NCBI GenBank assembly: GCA_963708105.1
Contig: OY970186.1
Coordinates: 4,446,060 to 4,510,059 of the forward strand
Reading direction: 5' to 3'
Length of the DNA stretch: 64,000 nt
DNA from: an uncultured Actinomycetes bacterium
Lineage (GTDB): Bacteria; Actinomycetota; Acidimicrobiia; IMCC26256; PALSA-610
The position numbers were made by a program, and so were the translations under genes. Positions 9,979-20,556 of the stretch are shown here, piece after piece; position 1 is the stretch's first letter, and each line of letters starts with the position of its first letter. A model generated the notes under the pieces. The model was not told where the DNA came from, ran no database searches, and saw only the letters and a list, made by a program, of their open reading frames with translations.

Positions 9979-11524
9979 ATGCGCCGCGGCCGCGGCGTCG
10001 GGGCTGCTCCTCGCGTTCAGTCGCCCGCCGCTCGATCTCGGGCCGCTCGCGTTGGTCGCGTTGGTTCCGCTGTTCGTCGCGTGGCGCGGTCGAACCGTTC
10101 GCGCCGCCGCCGGCCTCGCGTTCCTCGCCGGCGTCGTCTACTACGCGATCCTCTGCACGTGGATCTGGTACTTCGGCGCGGTCGCGATCATCCCATTCAG
10201 CGCGGCCGTCGCCGCCTACTGGGCCGCCGTCGGGCGCGCTCGATCGCGTGGTTGCGGACCCGGCGCATCGCGAACCCGTGGATCACCGCCGCGGTCTGGG
10301 TGTGCGGTGACGCTGTCGTGTCGCGGTGGCCCTTCGGCGGTTTCTCCTGGGGCGAGGTCGGCTACTCGTTCCACAACTTCGCGCCGGCCCGCGATGTCGC
10401 GAGCGTCGGCGGAATCACGTTCGTCACGTTCCTTGCGGTCGCACTCAACGCCTTGCTCGCCGACCTCATCGTCGAGCGGCATGCGCCGCGCGCCGTACAT
10501 CCGGACCCAGCTCGGCATCGCGGTCGTCGCGCTGGTCGTTGTCGTCGCAACCGTTACGCGGGCCGAGCCGACACCCGTCGGCCCACTGCGCGTGGCGCTG
10601 GTGCAGGGCAACAACCTCGACCGGGACCTGACCCAGGCCGAGCTCGACGAGCGACTACCTGCCCGCGAGCCACTTCGCCCTCGCGCAACAGATCACCAAG
10701 CCCGTCGACCTGATCGTCTTCCCCGAGTCGAGCATGGACGCCGACCCGACGCGACCGACGAGTACATCAAGTCGAACCTCGCGGCGTTGGCCCAGAAGAA
10801 CAACTCCTGGGTGCTCGCCAACGCCACCGTCGACGCGCCGCCCGACGGGCACAAGGTCTTGAACCTCGACGTGCTCTTCGACCCGTCCGGCGCGGTCCAA
10901 GGCACCTACACGAAACGGCATCTCGTGCCCTTCGGCGAGTCGGTGCCGTTCCGCGAATCACTGCAGCACCTGGTCACCGAGCTCGAGAAGGTCCCGCGCG
11001 ACTACGAGCCCGGGAACTCGCCCGGCCTGTTCACGGTCGCGGGGGTGCGCATCGCCACGCTGATCTGTTTCGAGTCGGCGTTCGGTTACCAGGTGCGACC
11101 GCTCGTGCACGACGGCGCGCAGGTGCTCGTGGTGTCGACCAACAATCGTTCGTACCGCCGATCGGCGAACTCCGCCCAGCACGTCGCGATCAGCCAGATG
11201 CGGGCCGCGGAGACCGGCCGCCCGGTGGTGCAGGCCGCGATCTCGGGCATCTCCGCGGTGATCGACGCCGACGGGGTGGTGCACGACCAGACCAAGCTCT
11301 TCGACCGCACGGTTCTGCAGACAACGGTCGAGGCGACGAGCGGCCAGACGCCCTACGTGCGCTACGGCGAGTGGGCCACACTGGCGTGCCTCTGGACCGC
11401 GGCGATCGCGGCGGTGGTGGCGCTGATCGGCGTTCGTCGGGAGCGCAAGCGCTCCCTAGAATCCACGAACGAGCTCGAGACCGCGCCCGATGCCGAGAAC
11501 TCCGTCGAAGAGACCGTCGTATGA
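9979..11524 (+). CDS. lnt: Apolipoprotein N-acyltransferase (frame-shifted; start uncertain, GTG 9946 is an alternative)
   Basis: N-terminal TM region LLLAFSRPPLDLGPLALVALVPLF... CN-hydrolase domain LRVALVQGNN, DLIVFPESS, KRHLVPFGESVPF, ATLICFESAF, VSTNNRSY. Out-and-back frame excursions occur near 10240-10500 and 10650-10750. Confidence 0.85.
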
Positions 11525-12201
11525 CCGAGAATCCCGATCGGATCGAACGAACGCTCGAGCTGCTGATCTACGCGCCGATCGGCATCGGCCTGTTCTTGAA
11601 GGACACCGCGCCGACGTTCGTCGACATGTTCGTCGCACGCGGCCGAGCCGAGGTCGACAAGCGCCAGGACGACGCGCAGCAGCGGGTCACGACGGCGCGC
11701 AGCCTGGGCCAGGTCGCGATCGCATTCGGCCCGCCCGTTGTCCGCCAACGGGTTGAGCAAACGATCACCGACGCGTGCCGGCGGGCGGAGTCGATTCTCG
11801 GCGCCGTAATCCCCGGAAACGCGGGTTCGGGCTCCGCGGGAACGACGGCTGCGGCGCCGACCGAGGCTCCGGTCGCTCCGGTTGCTCCCGTCGCATTCGC
11901 GCCGCCGGCCGCGCCCGCGCCCACTCCGGCGGCGCCGGCCGAGATCCCGACGAACGGCGACGCGGTTACGGGAGCCGCCGACGAGTGGCGGTCGACCACG
12001 CCGTATTCGTCGACGCCGCCGACCCCCGACGGGGGGAGCGCGGCGCTGCCGATCCCCGGCTACGACGCGCTGTCGGCGTCGCAGGTGGTCGAACGGCTCA
12101 CCGGCCTGACCGGCGCCGAGCTCGACGCGGTGCACGCCTACGAGATGGCGAACCGCCAGCGCCGCACGATCCTCGGCAAGATCGAACAGCTCGCCGGTTA
12201 G
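11521..12201 (+). CDS. Hypothetical protein with Ala/Pro-rich linker
   Basis: The ATG overlaps the lnt stop (ATGA). MTENPDRIERTLELLIYAPIGIGLFL..., low-complexity APVAPVAPVAFAPPAAPAPTPAAPA, C-terminus LSASQVVERLTGLTGAELDAVHAYEMANRQRRTILGKIEQLAG. Intact frame. Confidence 0.6.
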   Translation: MTENPDRIERTLELLIYAPIGIGLFLKDTAPTFVDMFVARGRAEVDKRQDDAQQRVTTARSLGQVAIAFGPPVVRQRVEQTITDACRRAESILGAVIPGNAGSGSAGTTAAAPTEAPVAPVAPVAFAPPAAPAPTPAAPAEIPTNGDAVTGAADEWRSTTPYSSTPPTPDGGSAALPIPGYDALSASQVVERLTGLTGAELDAVHAYEMANRQRRTILGKIEQLAG

Positions 12202-12208
12202 CCGAACC

Positions 12209-12674
12209 GTGGAGCCCGCTCGAGCGGCCGATCCGTCCGACCTCCCGGTACTCGTCGAACTCGCGCGCGCCCTGCGCGCCGAGATGCACGGTCAGCGCGG
12301 AGGTGCGTTGTGGGCGACCCGTGAGGCGCGGCCCGAGCCCCATGAGGACACGCTCAATCACTTGCTCGCGCGCGACGACGCGCGAGGTCGTGGTCGGCAC
12401 CATCGACGGCACGGTCGTCGGCTTCGGAACCGTCGAGATCGAAATCCTGCGCGACGGCACGCGGCTGGGCGTCATCGGCGACTTGTTCGTCGAGGAAGGC
12501 GCCCGCTCGGTCGGGGTCGGGGAATCGATCGCCGATCGGATCATCGAGTTCTGCTCCGGCGCGGGTTGCATCGGCATCGACGCGTACGCGCTGCCCGGTG
12601 CCCGCACCGCCAAGAACTTCTTCGAGCGATCGGGCTTCACCGCGCGGGCGCTCGTCATGCATCACAAGCTCTGA
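12209..12674 (+). CDS. GNAT family N-acetyltransferase (one frame hop)
   Basis: VVVGTIDGTVVGFGTVEI...LGVIGDLFVEEGARSVGVGESIADRIIEFC...AKNFFERSGF (GNAT motif A region). The N-terminal 50 aa are in the frame of ORF 12209..12691. Confidence 0.75.
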
Positions 12675-12706
12675 GTACCCCTTCGGTGTAACCGATCGGC
12701 TGGGTA

Positions 12707-14527
12707 GTGTCACGCCTCATGACTGCGACCGACGCCGATGCCGACCTGACCGCCGCCGATGTCGTCTGGGATCTCGGCACTCTGTTGCCCGATCCCGGCG
12801 ATCCGGGCATCGACGAGTTGCTCGACGCGGCCGACGCCCGCGCCGACGAGCTCGCCACGAAGCGGGGCCAGGTCGCCGGTCTCGACGCCGCGGAATTCGC
12901 CGCGTTCATGGGCGGGCTGGCCGAGGTGCTCGATCTCGTCGGGCGCGCCGGGAGCTTCGTCGGTCTCGAGTTCGCGACCGACACGTCGGATCCGGCGCGC
13001 GGCGCCCGCATGCAACGTGTCGAAGAACGCGTCGACCGCGATCAACACCAAGCTCTTGTTCTTCGACCTCGAATGGGCCGAGCTCTCCGACGAGCAGGCC
13101 GAGAGCCTGCTCGCCGACGAACGGCTCGCGTTCGCGCGTCATCACCTGCGATCCGAACGGCGCTATCGCCCGCACCTGCTGTCGGAGCCGGAAGAGGTTC
13201 TGCTGACCGAGAAGGCGATGACGGGCCGCAACGCGTTCGAGCGCCTGTTCGAGGAGCAGGTGTCGAGCATCAGTGTCGAGCTCGACGGCGAGACGAGCAC
13301 GCTCGAATCCGCGCTCGCGCGGTCTGCACGCGCCCGATCGCGAGGTGCGCAAGACCGCGGCCGAGTCGGTGACGAAGGGACTCGAGCCCGGGCTGCGGAC
13401 GCGAGCGTTCGTGTTGAACACGTTGTTGTCGGACAAGGCGGTCGACGATCGGCTGCGCCACTTCGACAGCTGGATCTCGAGCCGCAACCTCGCCAACGAG
13501 GCGAGCGACGAGTCGGTGCAGGCATTGGTCGACGCGGTGCAGGCCCGGTACTCGATCCCGCAGCGGTGGTACGCGCTGAAAGCCAAGCTGCTCGGCATCG
13601 ACCGGCTCGCCGACTACGACCGCATGGCGTCGGTCGCCGACGTCGAAGCCCAGATCGGCTGGGGCACCGCGAAAGAGCTCGTGCTCGACGCGTACGGATC
13701 GTTCTCGGGCGAGCTGGCCGACACCGCCCAGCGCTTCTTCGACGGTGACTGGATCGACGCACCCGCGCGACGCGGGCAAGCGGCCGGGCGCGTTCTGCGC
13801 GTACACGGTGCCGTCGCATCACCCGTACGTCTTGTTGAACTGGACGGCTCGGCGGCGCGACGTGCTTACGCTCGCGCACGAGCTCGGGCACGGGTTGCAC
13901 GCGTACCTGGCCCGCGCCCAGGGCGTGTTTCACCAGACGACGCCGTTGACGTTGGCCGAGACCGCGTCGGTGTTCGGCGAGACGGTGACGTTCGGTCGAC
14001 TGCTCGAGGAAGTCACGGATCCGCAGGAGCGGCTGGCGCTGCTCGCGTCGAACCTCGAAGACCAGATCGCGACGGTGTTCCGCCAGACCGCGATGAACCG
14101 CTTCGAGAACGCGATGCACACCGAGCGGCGCGAGGCGGGGGAGATCTCGGTCGAGCGGTTCGGCGAGATGTGGGCCGCATCGCAAGAGGCGATGCTCGGC
14201 GACTCGGTCGAGGTGACCGAGGGTTACCGCACGTGGTGGTCGTACATCCCGCACTTCATCTCGACGCCGGGTTACGTCTACGCGTACGCCTACGGCCAGC
14301 TGTTGGCCCTGTCGGTCTACGCGCAGTACGAGGCGCGGGGCGCCGACTTCGTGCCCCAGTATCTCGACCTGCTGCGCGCGGGCGGATCGATGCCGCCCCA
14401 GCAGTTGGGCGAGATCGTCGGCGTCGACCTCGCCGATCCCGGGTTCTGGGACCGCGGCATCGACATCATCGAACGCCGGCTCGAAGAGACGATCGCGGCC
14501 GCCGAGGCCGCGGGAAGGTTGTCATGA
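12707..14527 (+). CDS. pepF: M3-family oligoendopeptidase (PepF-like), frame-shifted in the N-terminal two thirds
   Basis: TLAHELGHGLHAYLA (HExxH) plus ETASVFGE in ORF 13745..14527. Upstream family-like blocks sit in ORFs 12707.., 12759.., 13273... ATG 12719 is an alternative start. Confidence 0.85.
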
Positions 14528-15582
14528 CGTATCGCGTCATCCAGTGGAGTACCGGCAACGTGGGTGTTGCCGCGCTGCGCTGCATCATCAAGCACCCCGA
14601 CCTCGAGCTCGTGGGCGTGTGGGTGCACTCGCCCGACAAGGCGGGGCGCGATGCGGGTGAGCTGTGCGGTCTCCCGGCGACGGGGGTCTTGGCGACGAAC
14701 GATGTCGACGCGTTGCTCGCGCTCGACGCCGACTGCGTCAGCTACACCGCCACGGCCGACCTACGCCCGATGGACGCGATCACCGACATGGCCAAGATCC
14801 TGGAGTCGGGCAAGAACGTCGTCTCGAGCTCTGTCGTCGCCGGGGTGTGGCCCCTTCACCTCGACCCGCCGTTGCGTACGCCGCTCGAAGAGGGGTGCGC
14901 AGCCGGCAACGTCTCGTGGTTCACGTCGGGCATCGATCCCGGTTGGGCGAACGACGCGCTGCCGTTGTTGCTGGCGGGCACGTGCGAAGACATCGAACAG
15001 CTCCGGGTCATGGAGATCGTGAACTACAAGGACTACGAGCAGCCGACGGTGCTGTTCGAGACGATGGGATTCGGCAAGCCGCTCGACGCGAAGCCGCTGC
15101 TGTTGATCCCGGGGGTCTTGACGTTCGCCTGGGGTGGCGTGCTGAAGATCCTGGCCGCGGGCCTTGGGGTGGAGATCGACGAGATCGTCGAGATCCACGA
15201 ACGCAAGCCCGCACCGGCGCGCATCGACCTCGGCTTCGGCGTGATCGAAGCGGGCACGACCGCGGCGCTGCGCTTCGAGGTGCAGGCCGTCATCAACGGT
15301 GAGCCGCGCATCGTGGTCGAACACGTGACGCGGCTCGACGACGCGTTGTGCCCCGACTGGCCCCAGCCCGTCGGCGCCGGGGGATACCGGGTGGTGGTCA
15401 CCGGCACGCCGAGCTATCAGTGTGACGTGCAGATGACGGCCAAGCCCGGCCAGGGCGACCCCGGCGTGATCGGTACCGCCGGTCGGCTCGTGAACGCGAT
15501 TCCAGCGGTGTGTGCCGCGCCCGCGGGCTTGCTGTCGGCGTTGGACTTGCCGTTGGTCCCCGGTACGGGGTTGATGCGCTGA
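14524..15582 (+). CDS. NAD(P)-binding DapB-like / amine-dehydrogenase-family protein (intact)
   Basis: MTYRVIQWSTGNVGVAALRCIIKHPDLELVGVWVHSPDKAGRDAGEL (Rossmann N-terminus). 352 uninterrupted codons. The ATG overlaps the pepF stop. Confidence 0.7.
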   Translation: MTYRVIQWSTGNVGVAALRCIIKHPDLELVGVWVHSPDKAGRDAGELCGLPATGVLATNDVDALLALDADCVSYTATADLRPMDAITDMAKILESGKNVVSSSVVAGVWPLHLDPPLRTPLEEGCAAGNVSWFTSGIDPGWANDALPLLLAGTCEDIEQLRVMEIVNYKDYEQPTVLFETMGFGKPLDAKPLLLIPGVLTFAWGGVLKILAAGLGVEIDEIVEIHERKPAPARIDLGFGVIEAGTTAALRFEVQAVINGEPRIVVEHVTRLDDALCPDWPQPVGAGGYRVVVTGTPSYQCDVQMTAKPGQGDPGVIGTAGRLVNAIPAVCAAPAGLLSALDLPLVPGTGLMR

Positions 15583-15600
15583 ACCGATAGCCGCCCGCGG

Positions 15601-18135
15601 CTAGTGCAGCCTCTGGACGAAGACGTCGCTCGCCTGGTTGTGATCGCCGTGGACCAGGTTGTCGGCGTCGGTCGAGAAGACGATGTACGCGGCGTCGGAA
15701 CTCATCACCGCCGTGGCGAACTGCGTCGTCTGATTTCCGTCGGGCAGCGTTCCGTCGGGAAGCACGCCGACCTCACGAGTGACGCCGGTCGTCAGATCCT
15801 TCACGTACACGACTCCCGTGTTGGGGTCGCACCCCGAGGCGCACGTGTAGCTGACGTAGCGGCCGTCGTCGCTGATCGCCGAGTAGTAGGTGAAGTGCGT
15901 GCCGGGCGAGTCGACCTGGGTGGTCGTACCGGTGACCCGATCGCGAAGGAACGTGTGAATACCCGCCGCGAGCCAGAAGTCCGCAGTGACCGGCGTACCG
16001 ATCAACGACGTGTCGGCACTCGCGAAGGTCACGTAGCGGCCGTCGTAGCTCAAGGCGGCGCCTTGGACGATCGGCGGGCATTCACCGAAGGCTTGCACCG
16101 ATTGCGCACCGGAGGAGCTGACGTTGACCCGCTCGGTTGTTCCCGTGGACAGGTTGCGAACGAAGTCGTCCTCACAGCCGTTCGTGTCGCCGGTAACCAG
16201 ATGGCCGGACGCCGCGACGAAGCTCACGAACTGACCGTTCCCGCTGATGATGGGGAACGAGCCGTCGGCGCCGGCTCCGTCAATTGACTGACTGACGAGC
16301 GACGTCGTATGCGTGACGAGGTCGCGCACGAACACATCGCAGTCGCCGTTGTGGTCCGTAGTCGCGACGTCGGGCGCACTCGGATCAGGGTTGGGGGAGA
16401 CGAGGTCGCTCCCATTGTTCGGCGAACACGCCCAGAACGTGATGTAGCGACCGTCGGCACTCATTGTCGAAGGCCAATCCACGACGCCGGAAACCGGCGA
16501 ACCGTCCGGGGCCACCGAGACGTCGTCGGTCTGACCGGTGACGAGGTCGTGGACATAGAGCTGACCGCCCGCCGAAACCGATCCGAGTGGTTGATTCTCG
16601 TAGAACGACACGTAACGACCATTGGCGCTGATGACAGGGGAGTCGGCCCCGATGTACGCAGGGCCGCTCGGGCCGGCGGCCGGCGACTCGCTGCCGTCGC
16701 TCGCGACGCTGGCGCGGACCGTCGTTCCGCTCACGCGGTCGTGCACGAACACGTCCCACTCGGCGTTGTCGTCGTCGGGGACGAGGTTCGTCGCGTCGGA
16801 CACGAACGCCACCTTGCTCGCGTCGGCGCTCACGCTCGGGTTGAACGAACCGAAGTGACCGAGCGGGCTGCACACGCCGCCTACCGGCTCCTTGGCGAGA
16901 ACATCCTTGCTGTTGACGCTCTCGAGCTCGACACCGTGCACCGGCAGTACCGGGAGGCCACCGTTCGGGTCGATGATGGTGCCGACGCCCTGGGCGTTGT
17001 CCGTCGTCGCCGCGTTGCCTTCGACGGCGATACTGCGCACGAACGTCGCGGCGCCGTCGGCGGTCTGGTCGGACGCGACCGAGATCGGCAGCGTCTTGGA
17101 ACGTTGCCCGGCCGAGAAAGTGATCTTGCCGGTGTCGGCCCCCGTGAAGATCCCCGTCGGGTCGTCGCACTGCGCAAAGAAGTCGACGACGATCCGACCG
17201 GGAGCCGGGAGCGACAACGTCACCGGCATGTACACGGTCTGCGCGGCGCCCGTGTCGGGCTTCACAACGCTCAGGTTGCCGATACTGACTTGCTCGGCGG
17301 ACGGGTCAACCGTCGCGTTGTCGGCGTCGTCATCGATGATCGTGACGGTTCCGTCGGATGCGTCGCCGACTTGGGCGTTGGTGGCGCTCGTGATGTCGAC
17401 CGCAAACGACTGGTCCGGTTCGACGGCCGTGTCACTGTCGACGGTCGCAGTGATGGTGCTCGTGTCGGCACCCGCCTTGATGGTGAGCTTCCCGCTCGCG
17501 GCAACGAAGTCGGTGCCCGCGGTTGCGTCGTCCGGACTGGAACCCGGCAGTGCGGTGATCGAGTACTGGAGTGTCGTCGTCGCGAGCGCGGGCCGCGAAA
17601 GGTCAACCGGGACCGTGACCGGGAGCGTGCCGCTGTCGCCTTCTACGACCGACACGTCGCCGACCGACACCGCCGGTACCGGACCTTTGCTCGCGTCGTT
17701 GTCCTTGATCGTGATGCTTCCGGAGGTGTCGGAGCCGACGACCGCGTTCTTGACGCTCGTAATGCGCACGATCACTGTCTCATCGGATTCGGCAATGACG
17801 TCGCCGAGCACCTTCACGACAATGCTGGCGCTCGTTGCACCGATCTTGATCGAGACGGATCCGGTCTTGGCTGTGAAGTCGAGTCCGGCTGTCGCGGTGC
17901 CGCCTTCAACCGAATACGCGACCGACACGGCCTTTGTCGTCGGCGCGGAGATGCTCACCGGAACCGAAACGTTGATGCTGCCGGTGTCGCCCTCGACCAC
18001 GGATACATCGCCGATTGTCGCCGTCGGCAACGGACCGGCCGGCGTCGTAGCCGCGTGCGCGGACGCAGCCGCCTGCGAACCCATGTAGCCCGTCACCATC
18101 AACGCGGCGACCGCGATCCTCGAAAAACGGCGCAT
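15601..18135 (-). CDS. Secreted protein: signal peptide, three Calx-beta-like domains, seven-bladed PD40/TolB-like beta-propeller (intact)
   Basis: MRRFSRIAVAALMVTGYMGSQAAASAHA. Three repeats of the type GDVSVVEGD.G...V.V.LS...T.V.Y....GTA.AG.DF....G.... Seven repeats of the type S.DGRYV.F.S....LV..D.N...DVFV.D..TG.T. The ORF extends to 18219, but ATG 18135 with a GGGGGG box upstream fits the signal peptide. Confidence 0.85.
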   Translation of the reverse strand: MRRFSRIAVAALMVTGYMGSQAAASAHAATTPAGPLPTATIGDVSVVEGDTGSINVSVPVSISAPTTKAVSVAYSVEGGTATAGLDFTAKTGSVSIKIGATSASIVVKVLGDVIAESDETVIVRITSVKNAVVGSDTSGSITIKDNDASKGPVPAVSVGDVSVVEGDSGTLPVTVPVDLSRPALATTTLQYSITALPGSSPDDATAGTDFVAASGKLTIKAGADTSTITATVDSDTAVEPDQSFAVDITSATNAQVGDASDGTVTIIDDDADNATVDPSAEQVSIGNLSVVKPDTGAAQTVYMPVTLSLPAPGRIVVDFFAQCDDPTGIFTGADTGKITFSAGQRSKTLPISVASDQTADGAATFVRSIAVEGNAATTDNAQGVGTIIDPNGGLPVLPVHGVELESVNSKDVLAKEPVGGVCSPLGHFGSFNPSVSADASKVAFVSDATNLVPDDDNAEWDVFVHDRVSGTTVRASVASDGSESPAAGPSGPAYIGADSPVISANGRYVSFYENQPLGSVSAGGQLYVHDLVTGQTDDVSVAPDGSPVSGVVDWPSTMSADGRYITFWACSPNNGSDLVSPNPDPSAPDVATTDHNGDCDVFVRDLVTHTTSLVSQSIDGAGADGSFPIISGNGQFVSFVAASGHLVTGDTNGCEDDFVRNLSTGTTERVNVSSSGAQSVQAFGECPPIVQGAALSYDGRYVTFASADTSLIGTPVTADFWLAAGIHTFLRDRVTGTTTQVDSPGTHFTYYSAISDDGRYVSYTCASGCDPNTGVVYVKDLTTGVTREVGVLPDGTLPDGNQTTQFATAVMSSDAAYIVFSTDADNLVHGDHNQASDVFVQRLH

Positions 18136-18362
18136 GTTCCCCCCGGAAGCCGCGACGAACTCCGACCTAAGAGCCGTGCACAGGGAAACTAACCGCGCGG
18201 GCTGAGCGGCGACAGACATTCACCTGAACAGCGTGCGGCATATTTCTGACGACTGAGAGAAATGCATAACTGCGCGTGGCGACGGTTGTGGCGCGGCACA
18301 GTTGTGCCGGCCGCGTGCGGTTTTCCCACAGGTATTCATCCTGTCGGGACGGGCCCGGCGTA

Positions 18363-18385
18363 GGATTCGTCACTGTGACGAATCC
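18363..18385. promoter_or_regulatory. Perfect palindrome GGATTCGTCAC-T-GTGACGAATCC over the GTG start of the zinc-ribbon regulator gene (candidate operator)
   Basis: The 11-nt arms are exact reverse complements. The right arm begins with the candidate start codon GTG at 18375. Sits in the divergent region shared with the Calx-beta gene. Confidence 0.5.
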
Positions 18386-18707
18386 GCGCGAGTTGTGCCG
18401 GTGGTGCGGTCGGGGATTCGCGGGCGGAGCGGCCGCGGTCGGGCGGCCGCGTTTGTACTGCAAACGGTCGTGCCGTCAGCGCGACTACGAGGCCCGGCAG
18501 CGGTCGCGAGATCTCGGCCTCGGCGAGCACGAGCTCGTCGTCACGCGTGCGGAGCTCGAGTCGATCCAGGACACGCTCTATGTGCTGGAACGCACGCTGC
18601 AGGACGCCGAGATCGATCTTGCGCAGCCCGAAGCGCGCAAGGCGAAGGAGTTGCGACGCGTGCTGACGTACGTGCTCGACGCGGCGCACGATTGCCTGAC
18701 TCCGTAG
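18375..18707 (+). CDS. Small zinc-ribbon protein, putative DNA-binding regulator
   Basis: VTNPRELCRWCGRGF...GRPRLYCKRSCRQRDYEARQR followed by a helical tail. The ORF is open from 18276, but the upstream part is Arg/Cys-rich and not protein-like. AGGA lies 9 nt before GTG 18375. Confidence 0.55.
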   Translation: MTNPRELCRWCGRGFAGGAAAVGRPRLYCKRSCRQRDYEARQRSRDLGLGEHELVVTRAELESIQDTLYVLERTLQDAEIDLAQPEARKAKELRRVLTYVLDAAHDCLTP

Positions 18708-18782
18708 CGACCGGGCGCGGGCGATGCCCGTCGGAGTCGCGGACCGAACGGAACGGACCCCGCCCGGCACACCAATCTCAAA

Positions 18783-18823
18783 CTCCGTTGCAACGAATCG
18801 TTTAACGAATCGTTGCGACGGAG
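18783..18823. repeat. Family-B palindrome, copy 2, between convergent genes (hairpin, possible bidirectional terminator)
   Basis: CTCCGTTGCAACGAATCGTT T AACGAATCGTTGCGACGGAG: 20-nt arms with 2 mismatches. Contains a tandem AACGAATCGTT x2. Lies between stop 18707 (+) and stop 18852 (-). Confidence 0.6.
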
Positions 18824-18851
18824 AATTGTGTCGGGGTGTCGGAGGTCGCAA

Positions 18852-19391
18852 CTACTCGCCGGTTTGGCCGTCGATCGCCTCTCGCAGGAGGTCGGCGTGG
18901 CCGTTGTGCCGGGCGTATTCCTCGATCATGTGGCACAGGATCCAGCGCAGGCTCGGCGTCCCACCATCGGGGAAGGACCGCTTGGCCAGCCGGCCCATAC
19001 CCCCGTCGGCCAGAGCTCCGGCGATCCGCACGCGCGCCCGGGCGACCGAGTTACTCCACAGCGCAATCAGTTGCTCGGGCGGGTCGTCAGCCGCCGAATG
19101 CCACTCCCAGTCGGGATCGGCCTTCCAGTCGACTGTGTTCCACGGCGCGTCCTTCTCCAACCCGTGCACGGAGCGCCCGAACCAATCGTCCTCCACGTAC
19201 GCCAGGTGTTTGAGCATCCCGCCCAACGTCATCGTCGATGCGGCCACCGTCGTCCGTAGTCCGACGGCATCGACCCCGTCGCACTTCCACGCGAACGTCA
19301 ACCGCTGGTAGTCGAGGAAACCGAGAAGCGTCTCGCCCTCGTCGCCGGCTAACGGAGGTTCCGTACGACCCTGCTCATCGATATGCGCCAT
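18852..19391 (-). CDS. DinB/DUF664-family protein (intact)
   Basis: MAHIDEQGRTEPPLAGDEGETLLGFLDYQRLTFAWKCDGV...LGGMLKHLAYVEDDWF...RWILCHMIEEYARHNGHADLLREAIDG. The N-terminal 174 codons of ORF 18852..19916 are antisense to the neighbouring GNAT gene and were excluded. Confidence 0.8.
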   Translation of the reverse strand: MAHIDEQGRTEPPLAGDEGETLLGFLDYQRLTFAWKCDGVDAVGLRTTVAASTMTLGGMLKHLAYVEDDWFGRSVHGLEKDAPWNTVDWKADPDWEWHSAADDPPEQLIALWSNSVARARVRIAGALADGGMGRLAKRSFPDGGTPSLRWILCHMIEEYARHNGHADLLREAIDGQTGE

Positions 19392-19430
19392 GCACTCTGT
19401 CTTAGCCTGTGCCGCGTGGCGGGGAGGGAC

Positions 19431-19928
19431 GTGACCATTCGGGACGCGGTCGCCGGCGATATGCCGGCCGTGCGCGATCTCTACAACGCGACAATCCTCA
19501 CGACGACCGCCGCGTGGACGGAACAACCGCAAACGCTGCGCGCCCGCCAGACCTGGTTTCGCCATCAGCAGCGAGACGCGTACCCGGTCCTGGTCGCCGA
19601 GACGGCCGGAAACGTCGTCGGGTTCACCGCCTACGCCAGCTTCCGGGGCTCGGGAAAGTGGCCCGGCTATCGGCATACCGTCGAGCACACGATCCACGTC
19701 GACGAGGACCATTGGGGACGGGGCATCGGCCGCACCTTGCTCGAGGCCCTCGTCGATCGGGCCCGCGACCAGGACATCCACGCCATGGTCGCCGCCATCG
19801 ACAGTGGGAACACCGAATCGATCGCCTTCCACGAACGGCTCGGTTTCACGACCGTCGCCCGGATGCCGGAGGTTGGCCGCAAGTTCGACCGCTGGCTCGA
19901 TCTCGTACTGATGCAACGCATCATCTGA
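19431..19928 (+). CDS. GNAT N-acetyltransferase, phosphinothricin-acetyltransferase-like (intact)
   Basis: VTIRDAVAGDMPAVRDLYNATILTTTAAWTEQPQT...HVDEDHWGRGIGRTLLEALVDRA...ESIAFHERLGF. GGAGGG precedes GTG 19431. Confidence 0.8.
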   Translation: MTIRDAVAGDMPAVRDLYNATILTTTAAWTEQPQTLRARQTWFRHQQRDAYPVLVAETAGNVVGFTAYASFRGSGKWPGYRHTVEHTIHVDEDHWGRGIGRTLLEALVDRARDQDIHAMVAAIDSGNTESIAFHERLGFTTVARMPEVGRKFDRWLDLVLMQRII

Positions 19929-20009
19929 TCCCCCGAACGCCGATAATGCCCGTTATGTCAATCTGGCTGGAATTGCACGGACGGGTCCGGTGCGGCGAAC
20001 CTCGCCCCT

Positions 20010-20507
20010 ATGACACCTGACGACCTCGTAGAGATCGAGCTGATCAAGCGGCTCAAGTACAAGTACGCCCGCTGTCTCGACCAAAAGCTCTGGGACGAGA
20101 TCGCCGAATGCTTCACGGTCGACGCGCACGCGGCGTACAGCGGCGGCGGATATTCGTTCGAAGGCCGCGACGCGATCGTCGACTTCCTCAGCCGTTCGAT
20201 GGGCGCCGAGACGTTCCTCTCGAGCCACAAGATGCACCATCCCGAGATCGACCTCACGGGCCCCGACACTGCCCACGGCGTATGGGCCCTCGACGACGTG
20301 GTCGTCATGACCGATTTCGAGCTCACGATCCGCGGCTGCTCCTTCTACGACGACGACTACGTCAAACAAGACGGCACCTGGCGCATCCAAAACACCGGCT
20401 ACAAGCGGGTGTACGAGGAAATGCAACCCCGGGGCAACGTCGAAGGCCTACGCCTCACCGCCTCGTGGTGGGCCACCGGCGGTCGCAGCGAGCTTCCGGC
20501 CGGCTGA
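20010..20507 (+). CDS. SnoaL-like / NTF2-fold protein (intact)
   Basis: MTPDDLVEIELIKRLKYKYARCLDQKLWDEIAECFTVDA...SSHKMHHPEIDL...WRIQNTGYKRVYEE. Confidence 0.7.
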   Translation: MTPDDLVEIELIKRLKYKYARCLDQKLWDEIAECFTVDAHAAYSGGGYSFEGRDAIVDFLSRSMGAETFLSSHKMHHPEIDLTGPDTAHGVWALDDVVVMTDFELTIRGCSFYDDDYVKQDGTWRIQNTGYKRVYEEMQPRGNVEGLRLTASWWATGGRSELPAG

Positions 20508-20556
20508 CGCCAGCGCCGCCCCTCCGATATCGCCGCCGACCGTCAATAACGTCACT

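Noticed and set aside
16309-18192. Very long ORFs on the opposite strand or in off-frames of recognised genes. Examples: 16309..18192 (+, 627 aa), 22510..23958 (+, 482 aa), 27727..29211 (-), 20595..22376 (+), 44941..46260 (-), 46178..47179 (-), 4858..5811 (-), 5208..6179 (-).
   Set aside because: Their translations are Arg/Pro/Ala/Gly-rich low-complexity strings with no family motifs, and each overlaps a gene with clear homology-type motifs. Long spurious ORFs are expected in GC-rich DNA, where stop codons are rare.
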